From Octopus sinensis (Eukaryota): a DNA stretch of 64,000 bases. The notes beneath the pieces are model-generated. The model ran no database searches and was not told where the DNA came from. It worked only from the letters and a program-made list of their open reading frames with translations. Of the stretch, positions 21,513-34,694 are shown piece by piece (the first letter of the stretch is position 1; each line of letters begins with the position of its first letter). A program made the position numbers and the translations under genes. The stretch is taken from assembly GCF_006345805.1 (NCBI RefSeq), contig NC_042998.1:22630001-22694000 (forward strand), given 5' to 3'.

Positions 21513-23429
21513 GATACATGATAGAGAAGATATTTTTTCCTGAAAAATCACAGTGAATTAGCAATTTGAAACAAGAATTAAGGTGAAAGCATTGCGGTAA
21601 AATATCTGTCTAGTGTTTCTTTTGCTTGAAGCATTGTAAATTTATCGGAAGATTCCATTTCTACATTGTGGTTTTATTATTGTTCTGCAAGATTTGGTAA
21701 AACTAGTAATTCAATGTACATTTTTGAACACTTTTTTTCCCCCAAGTTATGCAGAATTGAGACACAAGTTATTATAATACAAAAATTGGATTATATTCCT
21801 TCCAAACATTTTTTTTTATTGAAGTTTATTTTTTTTAGAAATAAGATTACTTTTGTTTTATGCTATATGTGTGGGTGTGTGTATGTGTATTAAGCAAAAA
21901 CAGCTCCTTGCTGTTTCTACTGTTCAATGTTTTCTGTTTGTTTGTATTTTATGATTTTTTTTATTGATTAAATTTCAAAATTTGCATTGTATCATTTTTC
22001 AAAGCCCTTCTGACTTTGAAGTTTTGGTTTCAAACATCTTATAGTAATTATTTAAACATTTCTAGTACAAATTTTAATAATTTTATGATTTTGTTTTCAA
22101 GAAAATAATTATAGCATGTTATTTTTCTGAAATTAGTTTTGTTTTATCAAATTATGTTAAGAAAATAATTATTAAAAATTTATATTTTTAAACACACTTC
22201 ATTTATCGAACATTTTTACTTTGAATGAGCAAATGAGAAAACTGCAAAAATAACATTTTAAAAATTGAAGCAATTCATAGAAAAAAAAAAATGATGATTA
22301 AAGTTGTAGTGTAAAAATAATTTCATGTTTTGTATGTATTTATTCTGCTTGCATCAGTCTGTGTAACTGATAAAATAGGTTTCATTCTTCATTTGCATTT
22401 GACTTATCAATAGCAAGAACACCATCTTAGTTCTAAAAGCAGTTGCTCCAACAATATTGATTCAAAGGTTCACAAACTGTCCAAGCTGTGCTAGCATGAA
22501 GAAAATAGATGCAAACAGTGAAAAAGGAAAAAAAAAAGTGCTCTTATCAAAACATTCCTTAATATACTTTCTAAGATTGTTACTTGGTAATTGTGTTCAC
22601 TGAACAAGTCTTGGCAATGGTTATTCAGCTGAATAATATAAGCAGTTTGTCCGAAAGTTCTTTTCATAAGATTCTATAATGTTTTTGGAATTGATGCTGA
22701 AATAATTTTTGTGATGGACTTCAAGCAAAAACCTTTGAAATATATTCTGACTTGTGTATTTTTAAATCTTGCTTTTTGGTTCTTACATGTCAACATGGGA
22801 AAATAGTGATTAAATTCTTTACTCTGGCAGAATTGGTAGAATGAGAGACAAAATTTCTTGTGCTAGTTAGTTATGTACCCTTTGAGTTTAATTGCATCCT
22901 TGGCTGACTTTGTCTTTCATCTTTTCCAAGTCAATAAAATGGGCACCAATTAAGTACTTGCACCAATCTAATTGACTGTAGGCCCCTCTTAAAAAATCTG
23001 GGTCTTTGTGTCTGTGTTGGAAACAACCACAACTATAATAATAACTCCTAATTTACGCTCAAGGCTAGCAGTATTTCATATATAAATATAAATATAACAG
23101 TGTTTTGGTCTTTTGCCCAATATGGCCCTAATAAGTCTACAACTGGTGCCTTCTCCACCTCTTTGATATTCTTTCATCTCTCTATCACTCATCCTCTTCT
23201 CACCCTCTCTTTTATTCTCTGTACTATGTAACTGCACATGTAACTATGGCTGCCAGTGGATCTTGCGTATTCACTGTATTGTGCAGTTCCTGTATATAGA
23301 ATTTGCACTGGATCTATCCAACCCTCTTTATGAAATTCACCCCCCCCTTTTCATTGTCCATTGCTGTGCATGAAATTGAATACCTGTATTCAATTGCCCT
23401 TGCCATAATTCTCATCATTATCTCTTTCA

Positions 23430-23620
23430 GCCTTCTATGTAAAGGATTGCATCAAATCCATTTGTACCCAGAAGACTCTACCATCACTCTTTTGGTGCTG
23501 CCAATCACCATTTGTCTTTTTTTCAAATTCCAACACTTCCCATGTCTTCCTTATGATTCCTTTCCCACAGAGTCTCCCCACTTTAATCGTTTGACACTTC
23601 TTTACTCAACTGTCATTCCC
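23430..23620 (-). pseudogene. RTE ORF C-terminal relic
   Basis: Minus-strand VKKCQTIKV..CGKGI.RKTWEVL. Confidence 0.55.
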
Positions 23621-23627
23621 TATACAC

Positions 23628-23850
23628 CATCATCATCATCATCATCATCATCATCATAATCATTGTTTAACATCAGTTTCCCATGCTGGCATGTATTTGA
23701 CAGTTTGATAGGAGCTGGTAAGTTGGAGAGCTGCACCATGGTCCAGTCATCTGTTTTGGCATGGGTACTATGACTGGATGCTCTTCCTAATGCCAGCTGT
23801 TTTACAGAGTGTACTGGCTGCTTTTTATGTGGCACCAGCACAGGAGCTTT
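23628..23850 (-). mobile_element. Family C 3' end
   Basis: (CAT)n tail and conserved block. Confidence 0.8.
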
Positions 23851-23992
23851 TTATTAGCTTAATCTCTCACCCCTTCTGTACACTCAAACTCTACATATCC
23901 AGCAGAGCATGACCACCTCATTCATTTCTTTTCAGCTTTTGCTTTTCATACACATTCAGTGCCCATTTTGCATAGCTATACAACCTAGTATT

Positions 23993-24440
23993 ACTACCCG
24001 CATGGTTCTTGGTCTCAAGCATTTGTCTTATGAAGAAAGGCTGAAGACGCTCGACCTTTATTCTCCAGAAAAACAACAACTCCGTGGTGATCTCATTCTT
24101 GCTCACAACATCATAAGCGGAAAGTGTAACCTCTCGAAAGAGCTGTTCTTCACTCCTGCTCCAGAGCGTCGGCTGCAGGGTCACTCCAAAAAGCTCTATC
24201 TACGACAATTTCATCTCAATCGAAGGAGAGGGGCTTTCTCCGTCCGGGTTGCAGATCCGTGGAATAAGCTGCCGGATGAGATAGTGAAGATGCCGACGAC
24301 CGCTCGGTTCAAAGTCTCTCTTGACCTCAAGTGGCCTGAACTCTTTACATGAACACCACCCTGTACATAACTCCATGTCCCCCTACATGGCCTTGGTTTT
24401 TGCTTTTTGAGCCAAAAAATTAACTAATTAACTAACTAAC
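23993..24440 (+). mobile_element. 5'-truncated CR1-clade LINE: ORF2 C-terminus, 3' UTR, (TAAC)n-like tail
   Basis: TTRMVLGLKHLSYEERLKTLDL...LRGDLI...GHSKKL...FSVRVADPWNKLP...FKVSLD is the typical CR1 ORF2 end; stop at 24352. Confidence 0.9.
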
Positions 24441-24980
24441 ATGCACTAGCAGTAAAATCCATTGTTGATTGGGTAATTACTTTTACTGGGATCCACATTG
24501 AATGCATTATTACGTGTATAATTTACTCCTCCTGTATGTGTGCATTTTTAGAAGAGAAAACTATGTAATAACTGAAGTAGAAGAAAGATCAATATCATAC
24601 ATGAACTTGTGTTTGTTTATGATTTGACAATAATAAGTGAGTTGTATGTATTATTTTATTTATCTAGCATTTTGTTGATGTTCAGTTTCAGATGCACGTC
24701 GAGCTTTCTTTCTCTGTTGCTGATCTGCAACCTGTGTGTGTGTCTCATTGTCATTTTCTGATGTACGTCGTGCGTTTGTTTGACGTTCGTTTTGTGTCAA
24801 TCTTTTTTTATGAGATGTTTTTTGGATAATAAATATCAGTAAGTAATAGTGAAATGAAATTCGGATGCTATGTTACAGTAATGCAAGGAAAATAGGTATA
24901 TCATATAGAAGAATAGCTTAAGGGAATGAGAAATGTTTTTGATAAGGAATATCAGTAAGTTGTAGTGAAATGGTAATACA

Positions 24981-25145
24981 GGCGCAGGAGTGGCTGTGTG
25001 GTAAGTAGCTTGTTTACCAACCACATGGTTCCGGGTTCAGTCCCACTGCGTGGCACCATGGGCAAGTGTCTTCTACTATAGCCTCGGGCCGACCAAAGCC
25101 TTGTGAGTGGATTTGGTAGACGGAAACTGAAAGAAGCCTGTCGTA

Positions 25146-25201
<56 letters not shown>

Positions 25202-25416
25202 TGTGTGTGTTTGTGTGTCTGTGTTTGTCCCCCTAGCATTGCTTGACAACTGATGCTGGTGTGTTTATGTCCCTGTTACTTAGCAGTTCGGCAAAAGAGA
25301 CCGATAGAATAGTACTGGGCTTACAAATGATAAGTCCTGGGGTCGATTTGCTTGACTAAAGGCGGTGCTCCAGCATGGCCGCAGTCAAATGACTGAAACA
25401 AGTAAAAGTAAAAGAG
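24981..25416 (+). mobile_element. SINE family A flanked by an 85-bp direct duplication
   Basis: 24896-24980 versus 25416-25500, 2 mismatches. Confidence 0.92.
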
Positions 25417-26544
25417 TATATCATAAAGAAGAATAGCTTAAGGGAATGAGAAATGTTTTTGATAAGGAATATCAGTAAGTTGTAGTGAAATGGTAAAACA
25501 AATAATGTGTGAATATCATTAAGTAATAGTGAAATGAATTTACAAATGCTGAATGGTGTCAGTGTTTTTGCTGAAATTCTGACGCTATATTACAGGAATG
25601 CAGAACAAGGCATTGTGTCTTTGTGTCTTTTTGTTGGTGTGTTGAGGATTTTCGTTTCGCTGTGAATTTGTGTCTGCACGCATATGGCTTCACTGTCAGA
25701 TTGTCTCTGCCTATGTGAAAGAAATTTGTATATTCATATCTGAACGGAGAAGTTAGAAAAATAGGTATATCTGAAACATGAATGAATATACGTGTGTGTG
25801 TGTGTGTGTGTGTGTGGTGCATATATGTGTATGTTCTTTTAGAGAGACAGAAAGAGAGTGACAGACAGATAAAAATATAGCAGTGCCGTTTCTTAAGAGC
25901 TCTGCTGGTGAAAGTGGCAAAACACCCATTGTACAATTTTCTTTTATCTTTTCTTTTTTTCCACCTTTTATTTGTTTCAGTCATTAGATTGTGGCCATGC
26001 TGGAGCACTGCCTTGAAGAATTTTTAGTTGGACATATTGACCCCAGAATGTTTTTTTTAATTATTTTTACTTGTGATAGTCATTAGAGAGAGAGAGAGAG
26101 AGAGATTGACTGTGTTTAATTGTACAGAACAGACCATCTTTGAATAAATAAAGGAATGAATATATATGGTGCAGTGGTTGTCATTGTCTTGAACGTTGAC
26201 CATTCTTGCCAGAGGACAGTTTCCAGCCAAATGGAAAGACAGAAAGATAAATGTAGAGAGAAGGGGTAGGGGTAGGGGGAGGGAGAAATTGAAAGGTGTC
26301 AATTCTTTGAAAATTTTGGCACTTTAGCTCTGGTCACACCATCATCATCATTATCATCACCATAGTTAAAGTGTGAAAGTGGACAAAACACCCACGCTTA
26401 TAAATGAGATGGTGTCTCAATTATGTTTTATGGGGCACAGAATCTCTCTTTTATATATATATTCTGTCTCATTATAACCTTTCATCATCTGACACATGAT
26501 CTGGCCCCCTCCCCTCTCAAAAGCTCTTTTTGTCTTCCGTGGTA

Positions 26545-26847
26545 CTTGGTGACCCTGTCAGTGCAGGTGCCACTTAAAAAGGATTCAGTCCACACTGTAA
26601 AGTGGTTGGCATTTGGAAAGGCATCCAGCTGTAAAAACCTTGCCAAAAAAACCTTGTGCCATGAAAAAAACACTAAGTCCACTCCGCTGAGTGGTTGGTG
26701 TTAGGAAGGGCATCCAGCCGTAAAAATCCTGCCAAAACAGTCACAGAAGTCTGGTGTAGGCTTCTGCTTGGCTGGCTCCTATCAAACCATCCAACCAATG
26801 CCAGCATAGAAGGCAGACATTAAGCAATGATGATGATGACGACGATG
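26545..26847 (+). mobile_element. Two stacked family C 3' fragments
   Basis: GGTTGG..AGGCATCCAGC block present twice; GATGAT tail into (AT)n. Confidence 0.75.
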
Positions 26848-27061
26848 ATATATATACATACAAAATACAAACTGCTGTTGTCAGGAGAAGTAATAGTTTC
26901 TTGAACTTATTACATTTTCTATGGTTACTGTCCTCTTGTACTCTCTTTTACTTCTAATCAATCACTAAAGTAACAAAGACTATGAGTGATACATATATAT
27001 ATATATATAATAAATATTAGGGAATAATATTATATATATATATATGTATGTATATATACAT

Positions 27062-27392
27062 AAAAAGAATATATAAACTGCGAGGTAATTTAAAGTAGTT
27101 AAAATACGTTGTAGCTGATGCAGTTTATTAATTGAACAAATCGAAATAATGTTCACCTATAGGCAACACACCTACCGTTTTACTTTGAAGTGCATCAATA
27201 AAATAATTATATCCATTGATCTATTGCTTTCCCATTTTGTTAGTAAAATCCAGCTGCTGTGATCGCATAGTATAAGCAATTCTGCACAACAAAGAAATAT
27301 TTAATCTTCAGCAAAAATATAAAACACACCCACGCAGTAAAATATTTGTTGTATCCATCTTGACAATTTAAATTCTGCTGTTTTAAACACTT
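27062..27392 (-). repeat. Unclassified dispersed repeat; inverted copy of 4245-4568
   Basis: Direct sequence comparison. Confidence 0.8.
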
Positions 27393-27394
27393 CA

Positions 27395-27660
27395 TCATCG
27401 TCATCATCAGCATCGTCATCATCGTTTAACGACCGTTTTCCATGCTAGCATGGGTTGGATGGTTCGACCGGGGTCTAGGAAGCCAGGAGGCTGCACCAGG
27501 CTCCAGTCTAATCTGGCAGTGTCTCTACAGCTGGATGCCCTTCCTTACGTCAACTACTCCGTGAGTGTAGTGGGTGCTTTTTACGTGCCAGGCGAGGCTG
27601 GCAATGGCCACGATCGGTTGGCGTTTTTACGTGCCACCGGCATGGCAGCCAGTCAAGGGT
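27395..27660 (-). mobile_element. Family C 3' end
   Basis: (CAT)n tail and conserved block. Confidence 0.85.
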
Positions 27661-29764
27661 ATACTAGGCACATGCATCACAACCATATGTGTGTGACATG
27701 GTGATCTCATATCAACATAAACAGTGCATAATCTTGCAGGTGGGGCCCAGTTAGAATTTTCTTCAGGTTGAGTAGCCTCTCCCCCTCAAAAGGTCCCTGA
27801 ATAAGGGTTGTTTAAGGATGTTGAATGAAACACCCATGTTTCTAAAGATGAATTATCCAAACCTCAGAGAATTCCTTTCAACACATTGCTATGATACTCC
27901 CCCACGACTTCTGCTCTGGATCAGAGATGCACATATCATCAGCCATTAAGGGACATGCTCAACTGGTTAAGGTCAAATAACTGACAACCAAATCTGTGGT
28001 ATTGAGCAGAGTATTTGTTGTAGCCCATTATTATTATGTTAGCGTGATACATTAGCAGAATCATTAGAATTTCAGACAAAGCACTTTGCTGTATTTGTTC
28101 TACTTCTGCATGTTCTGAGTTCAGATTCTTTTGTGGTTGGCTTTGCCTTTCATCTTTCATGCGTTGATAAAACAATACACCTGTTAAGTAATGGGATTGG
28201 TATAGTTAGCTATTTCCTCTTTCCACAATTACTGGCCTTGTGTTTCTTAATGGTAGAATTTATTCTTAATTGACAAAATTGTTAGTGTTGGACAAAATAC
28301 ATTGTGGCTGTTCTGAGTTCAAATCTTGCTAAAGTTAAATTTGACTTTCTTCTTTCTGGGAGTTGATAAAATAAAGTACCAATGAAGACCTTGGGTTGAT
28401 GTAATTGACTAACTTACTTGGTGATTTAAGTAGTGCTGTTGACATACAGACACACACACACACACAAATAGCATTCAGTACACATTGTAGAGTAGTTGGC
28501 ATTAAGAAGGGCATCCAGCTATAGAAATCATGCTAAAGCTTACATTAGAGCTTGATGCAGGCTTGTGGCTTGCTGGATTCTGTCAATCCATGCCAACATG
28601 GAAAAGAGACATTTAATGTTGATGATGACCCCTTTGTATCAAATTGCCAAGTGTAGAGGTGACAGTAATTTTAATGAAGTGGTAAACCAAATATATTTAG
28701 GACAAGGGAAATCAATTGACAAGGACACTAGAATTTATTGTTTAATTTTGTGGGCTCTTTGTAGTATGTGTGTAGTGCTGCTACTCACAGTACTATTTCT
28801 TGGATGTTGCTAAAGTGCTTCTTGAACCCAACCTCTTTTTGCCATACTAAAAGATAACTAGGATTGATTTTGTTTCAAAGAATCACATCTTTTCAGTCTC
28901 TATTTTGAGGTTTTTTCCTGTATTATTATTATTATGGTATTTAGGGGATTGGATTGGAAGTATCGATAAAACTCCAGGCACAAAGTTTTGCAGTATTTAG
29001 TTAAGGCTTTTTAACATTCAGAGTTAAAATCTAACTGAGGTCAACTCTTCCTTTCATTCCTCCAGGGTCAGTAAAATAAAGCACCAGTCAAGTACTGAGG
29101 TTGATGTACTTGATTAATCCCTACCCTCCTCAAAATTGTCATCTTGTGTGCCTAAATCATTATCATCATCATATCCATTATTGAATATGAACTGAACAAG
29201 CTACTTTAAAGTAGCTAGGATAAAAAAAAAAAACTAAAACTAGGCAAAAAAAAACTCCCAAAAAACTATAACCAGGCAAAAAAAACTAAAACCATTTTCC
29301 TTTGTTCAGGACAGAAGTAAACAATCACTAGAGTGTAATAGGTTCACAAGACAATATCAACTACAATATTAGCCATTAAATTTGTTGTAATTAAGAGCAT
29401 TTATTTGTAACGAAGCCTTTGATGTGTTGTTGGCTATTAACATGGTATCTACTTAAAATAAGTGATTTGCAGCTGTCTGTATTCTTTACTTAAGAAATGT
29501 ATAGCAAAATATACAGATTGCCAGTCGTACAATATATTGACTTTCAACCATTCTTTGCTGTTTTTGTTACATTTTTGTCTGTCTGTGATTTACCTTGGTT
29601 ATAATATATATTATATTATATTTACTGTGCTGACAGACTAAAACTGGATTTAATGATAATGGATTTCTTGAATTAATAAAATTTCCTTAAAAATTTGCGT
29701 CATCCTTTTAAAGTCTATTTGTTCCATGCCTTCATGGGTAGGACAAGTCTTCTCTAGTATAACC

Positions 29765-29850
29765 TTTTGTCATCTTCGTTCAACATCCTGAGATCAACTT
29801 TTACCACTTTTTCCCATGTCTTCTTTGATCTTCTTCATCAAGTTTCCTAT
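29765..29850 (-). pseudogene. RTE ORF C-terminal relic
   Basis: Minus-strand RRSKKTWEKVVKVDLRMLN. Confidence 0.5.
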
Positions 29851-30059
29851 TACTTGGATCGTTTGGCTCTTCCTTATTCCAAATGTCATCCGTCATACCT
29901 ACCACATATTTGTAACAGCACAATCTCCTTTCTTCCATGCAACTACTTCTTTTTTTTTCTCAGTTCATATATGCTCCATTGTTTATTCATATGAGCATAA
30001 CTTCTTTTTGTCTTGAGACAGCATTCACCCGGGGTGGGTTGAGCTGGCTTCATTCATCC

Positions 30060-30335
30060 TCAATGCTGCATCTCTCACAAACGCCGACCAGGCCTGGCGA
30101 TTTGAGGCTAACGGCCGCATGATCTCCAACCACTCCTTATTCTAGCTGCGAACGCCGTAGACATGGGGGCTTAGGTTTGGTTCCAGATCAACCTTGACTG
30201 TCATCAGCCAGGTTTTTCGTTGTCCACCACATCGTTTTCGCCAACCCTGAAGGGGAGCTGGGGCAATTGCTTCGTAGATGAATTCTCCTGGTTGACGAAG
30301 GAGGGCTTGAGCATAACACATCCAGCAGAGTGTGC
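30060..30335 (-). pseudogene. RTE ORF C-terminal relic, different subfamily
   Basis: PAPLQGWRKRCGGQRKTWLMTVKVDLEP...WNKEWLE...LASNRQAW. Confidence 0.7.
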
Positions 30336-30708
30336 TCATGCCCCATTTCTTTCTAGCTTTTGCATATCTACTGTCTTCAACTGCCCAATTTTGTTACTGT
30401 ACATTACACAGTGTGCTCTTCATTCACAGAAAGAATCCCATAGTTGCCCAAACTTTCTTCATCCTGTTTGTATTTGGGCAGTTATGCTATCAGAATATCT
30501 CTCTACTTCTGATCAGGTCAGAAACTGTCCTCTATATTTAAAGAACCTTTCAGGCATCGAGCCATAGAAACCATACCAAAGCAGACACTAGAGCACAATG
30601 CAGTCCTCGATTCATTGTATCCTTGTCAAATCAGCCAACCCATGCCAGCATGGAACGTGAATGATGATGATGATGGATGGATGGATGTTACATATACACA
30701 CATATATA

Positions 30709-30879
30709 AGTGCAGGCATGGCTGCATGGTAGGTAGCTTGCTTACCAACCACATGGTTCCAGGATCAGTCCCACTGTGTGGCACCTTGGGTAAGTGTCTT
30801 CTGCTGTAGCCCCAGGCCGACCAAAGCCTTGTGAATGGATTTGGTAGACAGAAACTGAAAGAAGCCCGTTGTGTATATA

Positions 30880-30910
<31 letters not shown>

Positions 30911-31119
30911 TTATGTTTGTGTGTCTGTGCTTGTATCTCCAACATCGCTTGACATCCAATGCTGGTGTGCTTACGTCACCGTAACTTAGCGGTTCGGCAA
31001 AAAGAGACCGATAGATTAAGTACTAAGCTTACAAAGAATAAGTCCTGGTGTCGATTTGCTCGACTAAAAAGGCGGTGCTCCAGCATGGCCGCAGTCAAAT
31101 GACTGAAACAAGTAAAAGA
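30709..31119 (+). mobile_element. SINE family A
   Basis: Head to tail. Confidence 0.88.
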
Positions 31120-31356
31120 AAGGAAAAAAAGAAAAAGAAAAGAAAGAATGGTCTATTGCAGTGCTCTACAATCGGTATGTCACAGCACACAGGTGATGCT
31201 AGGTGTGCCTCAGTGTAACCTACATATAATTTTTTACCCTGTACTTTTAGTTATATTTTCAGCTCAGGTGTGCTGCTGAATTTTGAAGTGAATATAAGTA
31301 TACTGCAAGGGAAAAAAAGGTTGCAGAGCACTGCTCTGTTGTAAGATTATATTTTC

Positions 31357-31830
31357 TAAGGTGGCAATCTGGTAGAAATGTTAGCATGCTGGGCAAAGTG
31401 CTTAGCGGTATTTCAAAAAAATAAAGAAATAGGTATTTCATGTCTTTATATTTAGAGTTCAAATCCAATGTCACCTTTGCCTTTGATCCTTTCGGGGGTT
31501 CATAAATTAAGTACCAGCTGCATACTGGGGTTGATCTAATTGACTGGTCCCTTTCCCCCAAATTTTCAGGCCTTGTGCCTCGAGTAGAAAAGAATATTAT
31601 CACAATTCTAAGGTGGCAAGCTGGCAGAAATGTTAGCATGCCGGGCGAAATGCTTAGCAGTATTTCGTCTGTCTTTACGTTCTGAGTTCAAATTCCGCTG
31701 AGGTCAACTTTACCTTTCATCCTTTTGGGGTTGATAAATTAAGTACCAGTTGCATACTGAGGTCGATCTAATCGACTGGCCTCCCCTCCCCCCAAATTTT
31801 GGGCCTTGTGCCTAGAGTAGGAAAGAGTAT
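31357..31830 (+). mobile_element. Two tandem SINE family B variant copies (alternative 3' end CCCCCAAATTT..GGCCTTGTGCC)
   Basis: TTCTAAGGTGGCAA.CTGG heads at about 31357 and 31607. Confidence 0.85.
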
Positions 31831-32737
31831 TAAATTTCCTGTTAAAATTTTCAAAGGATCTTATCTGTTGCTTCAGTTGATTCTACAAAAAGCCATTTGA
31901 ATTGACTGATATTTTAATATTTTGATTAGTGGATTGGTAGAAGTGATAGAGTGATTGACAAAATGCCCTGTGATATTTACAGTGCTCTAGGTCTTGAATT
32001 CAATTCCTATTGGAGTTCACTTTGCAGTTTGTACTTTTAGGGTTAATAAAATAAAGTAAAAGGCAAGCAGTTGGTTGATGTAACTGGCAACACCATTCTG
32101 TCCATATTCGCGGAATTATACGTTTGGTAGGAAATACTCTTTTAAGAGAGTAGAATATCGTAAAATAGATCATAAGAACTTCAGAAAGTGTATTTCTATT
32201 TAATGCCAATTGTATTAATGTCTGACAATAAAGAAAGTTAATTGGAGAATAATAGAAGAAAAAGAAGGATTAGAATACTTCACATGACAATTTTATGATA
32301 AAAAGAAAAAAAACAAAAAAACAAAAGTAAAAATGTAAGTAAAACACCAAATTGAAGTTAATGTTTCAGTAAGAAAGACTAGAAATGCCATGTGCTATAT
32401 ACCTATATGTGTGTGTGAGTATTTATATATGTGAGTTTAGGTTTTCACACATTCACACACAAACATGAATGTAATCATCATCATCATCATCATATGTCTG
32501 TCTTTTTTTTTCCATGGTGGCATGAATTGGATTGGTTGTCACAGTCTTTGTCAGTTCTTATTTGTAGTTAGAATCCTCCCAGACAAGTCTGGGACCATGT
32601 CTTTCATGGATGTTCTATTTTCCTACAGCTGGATGCCCTTCCTGTTGCAAATCTCCTTTACAGTGTGTACTGAAAGCATTTTATCATGATACCTGCTCGA
32701 AAGAGAGAGAGAGAGAGAGACTATATTGTCATTACAT

Positions 32738-32968
32738 GGCGGCGAGCTGGCAGAAACGTTAGCACGCCGGATGAAATGCGCAACCATATTTTGTCTGCCG
32801 TTATGTTCTGAGTTCAAATTCTGCCGAGGTCTACTTTGCCTTTCATCCTTTCAGGGTCGATTAAATAAGTACCAGTTACACACTGTGGTCGATATAATCG
32901 ACTTAATCCGTTTGTCTGTCCTTGTTTGTCCCCTCTGTGTGTAGCCCCTCATGGGTAGTAAAGAAATA
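32738..32968 (+). mobile_element. SINE family B with a 16-bp TSD
   Basis: TATATTGTCATTACAT at 32722-32737 and 32969-32984. Confidence 0.92.
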
Positions 32969-33492
32969 TATATTGTCATTACATTGTCTCTGTTCACTGG
33001 GATCAGAGAAGTTGTCTCCTTCTGGCAAGATCTGTCCCTCCTGGCTTCCTTGCCGTGTCTCTGAAACAAGAGTGAGAAGGTGACAAAAGAAAGATTAACA
33101 GCAGAGAACTGGGGTGATAGAGTCGAAGCGTGTGTGTGTGTGTGAGAGAGAGAGAGATACGGAGAGAGTAGGAGGGAGCGAGAGTGAGAAAGGGGAGAGA
33201 GAGAGAGAGAGAGTGATAGGAGAGGTGCAGTGTGATGGAAGTGTGAATAATGGAAATGTGAAGGGATGATTGCAAAGAGAGAGAGAGAAAGAGAGATGCC
33301 TACGTTGAGATATAGAGGTGGGATTAATGGCATTGAAAGAGTGGTGGATTAGGGTATCAGTGAAGACAGGTGATGACGAGGGATATAGGATGAAAGGGTC
33401 AGATTGTAAGAAAGAATGCAGTTTGAATATAATGAGTGAGAGAGACCCAAATGTAGATATTAAGAATTGTAACATCTATCCTCATCACCAGC

Positions 33493-33787
33493 CAGCACCG
33501 CCTGACTGGCGTCCGTGTTGGTGACACGTAAAAGCACCAACTGATCGTGACCGTTTGCCAGCCTCCTCTAGCCCCTATGCCGGTGGCACGTAAAAAACAC
33601 CCACTACACTCATGGAGTGGTTGGCATTAGGAAGGGCATCCAGCTGTAGAAACACTGCCAGATCAGACTGGAGCCTGGTGCAGCCTCCTGGCTTCCCATA
33701 CCCTGGTCGAACTGTCCAACCCATGCTAGCATGGAAAACGGACATTAAACGATGATGATGATGATGATGATGATGATGGTGATGATG
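33493..33787 (+). mobile_element. Family C with a 15-bp TSD
   Basis: ATCCTCATC(A/C)CCAGC at 33478-33492 and 33788-33802. Confidence 0.9.
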
Positions 33788-33897
33788 ATCCTCATCCCCA
33801 GCATTTCTTCGTATCTGTTTTCCATGTTTTCCAAGATCAGGTAGGGATTCTTCATTGTAGCATTTTGTCATTAACTGCAGTGTTCACAGTCTTAAAC

Positions 33898-34050
33898 ACT
33901 GGAGTGACTGTGTGGCAAAAAACTTGCTTCCCACCACACGGCTCTGGATTCAGTCCCACTGAATGGCAACTTGGGCGAGTGTCTTCTTCTGTAGCCTCAG
34001 GCCAAGCAAAGTATTGTGAGTGGATTTTGTTGATGGAAACTAAAAGAAAG
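33898..34050 (+). mobile_element. SINE family A 5' half
   Basis: Head and centre blocks. Confidence 0.75.
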
Positions 34051-34283
34051 CGAGTTGGCAGAAACGTTAGCATTCCAGGCGAAATGCTTAGTGGTATTTC
34101 ATCTGCCGCTACGTTCTGAGTTCAAATTCCGCCGAGGTCGACTTTGCCTTTCATCCTTTCGTGGTCGATTAAATAATTACCAGTTACCCACTGGGGTCAA
34201 TATAATTGACTTAATCCGTTTGTCTGTCCTTGTTTGTCCTCTCTGTGCTTAGCCCCTTGTGGGTAGTAAAGAAATAGGTATTA
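34050..34283 (+). mobile_element. SINE family B monomer ending in GAAATAGGTATT
   Basis: Family B sequence. Confidence 0.88.
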
Positions 34284-34329
34284 AAGCTGCATCCACATGG
34301 TTGCCAAGCAAACTTCTTAACCACACAGC

Positions 34330-34620
34330 TATACCTGCGCCTAACCACACAACTGATTTTTCAGATTTATAATTAGTTGTTTGAATTTGGAGGGTTGCAT
34401 CTTTCACTTTGTGTAATCTTTGTTTTTTCTCAACAGAAAGCTTTGTGTTGGAAAGGGCATTATTAGATATGTTCTTGCTTAGCACACCTTTTGCTATTTG
34501 AATTATTTCAAGGCTAGTATTTGAGACTGTAACACGAAGCAATGAAACTAGAATACAAGAGCCTCCAAAACTCTCAATGGATTTTTATGAGACAGCACTA
34601 AGATCTGGTTTCAAAGCATT
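34330..34620 (-). pseudogene. Possible LINE RT C-terminal relic
   Basis: Minus-strand IQIAKGVLSKNISNNALSNTKLSVEKKQRLHK resembles the RIxxAxxAFxxLxxxxxxxxLSxxTKxRLY region of RTE RTs. Confidence 0.4.
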
Positions 34621-34694
34621 AAGTAGATGAAAGACAAATCCTGTTTTAGACAGTATGCCAATCTATTGCAGGTAACATTACCAAATGTAAGCAC

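Noticed and set aside
25596-25645. Possible exon GMQNKALCLCVFLLVC*
   Set aside because: Weak polypyrimidine tract, and the acceptor region is a degenerate copy of 24860-24890
34437-34501. Strong-looking + strand acceptor
   Set aside because: The region is better explained as an antisense LINE RT relic
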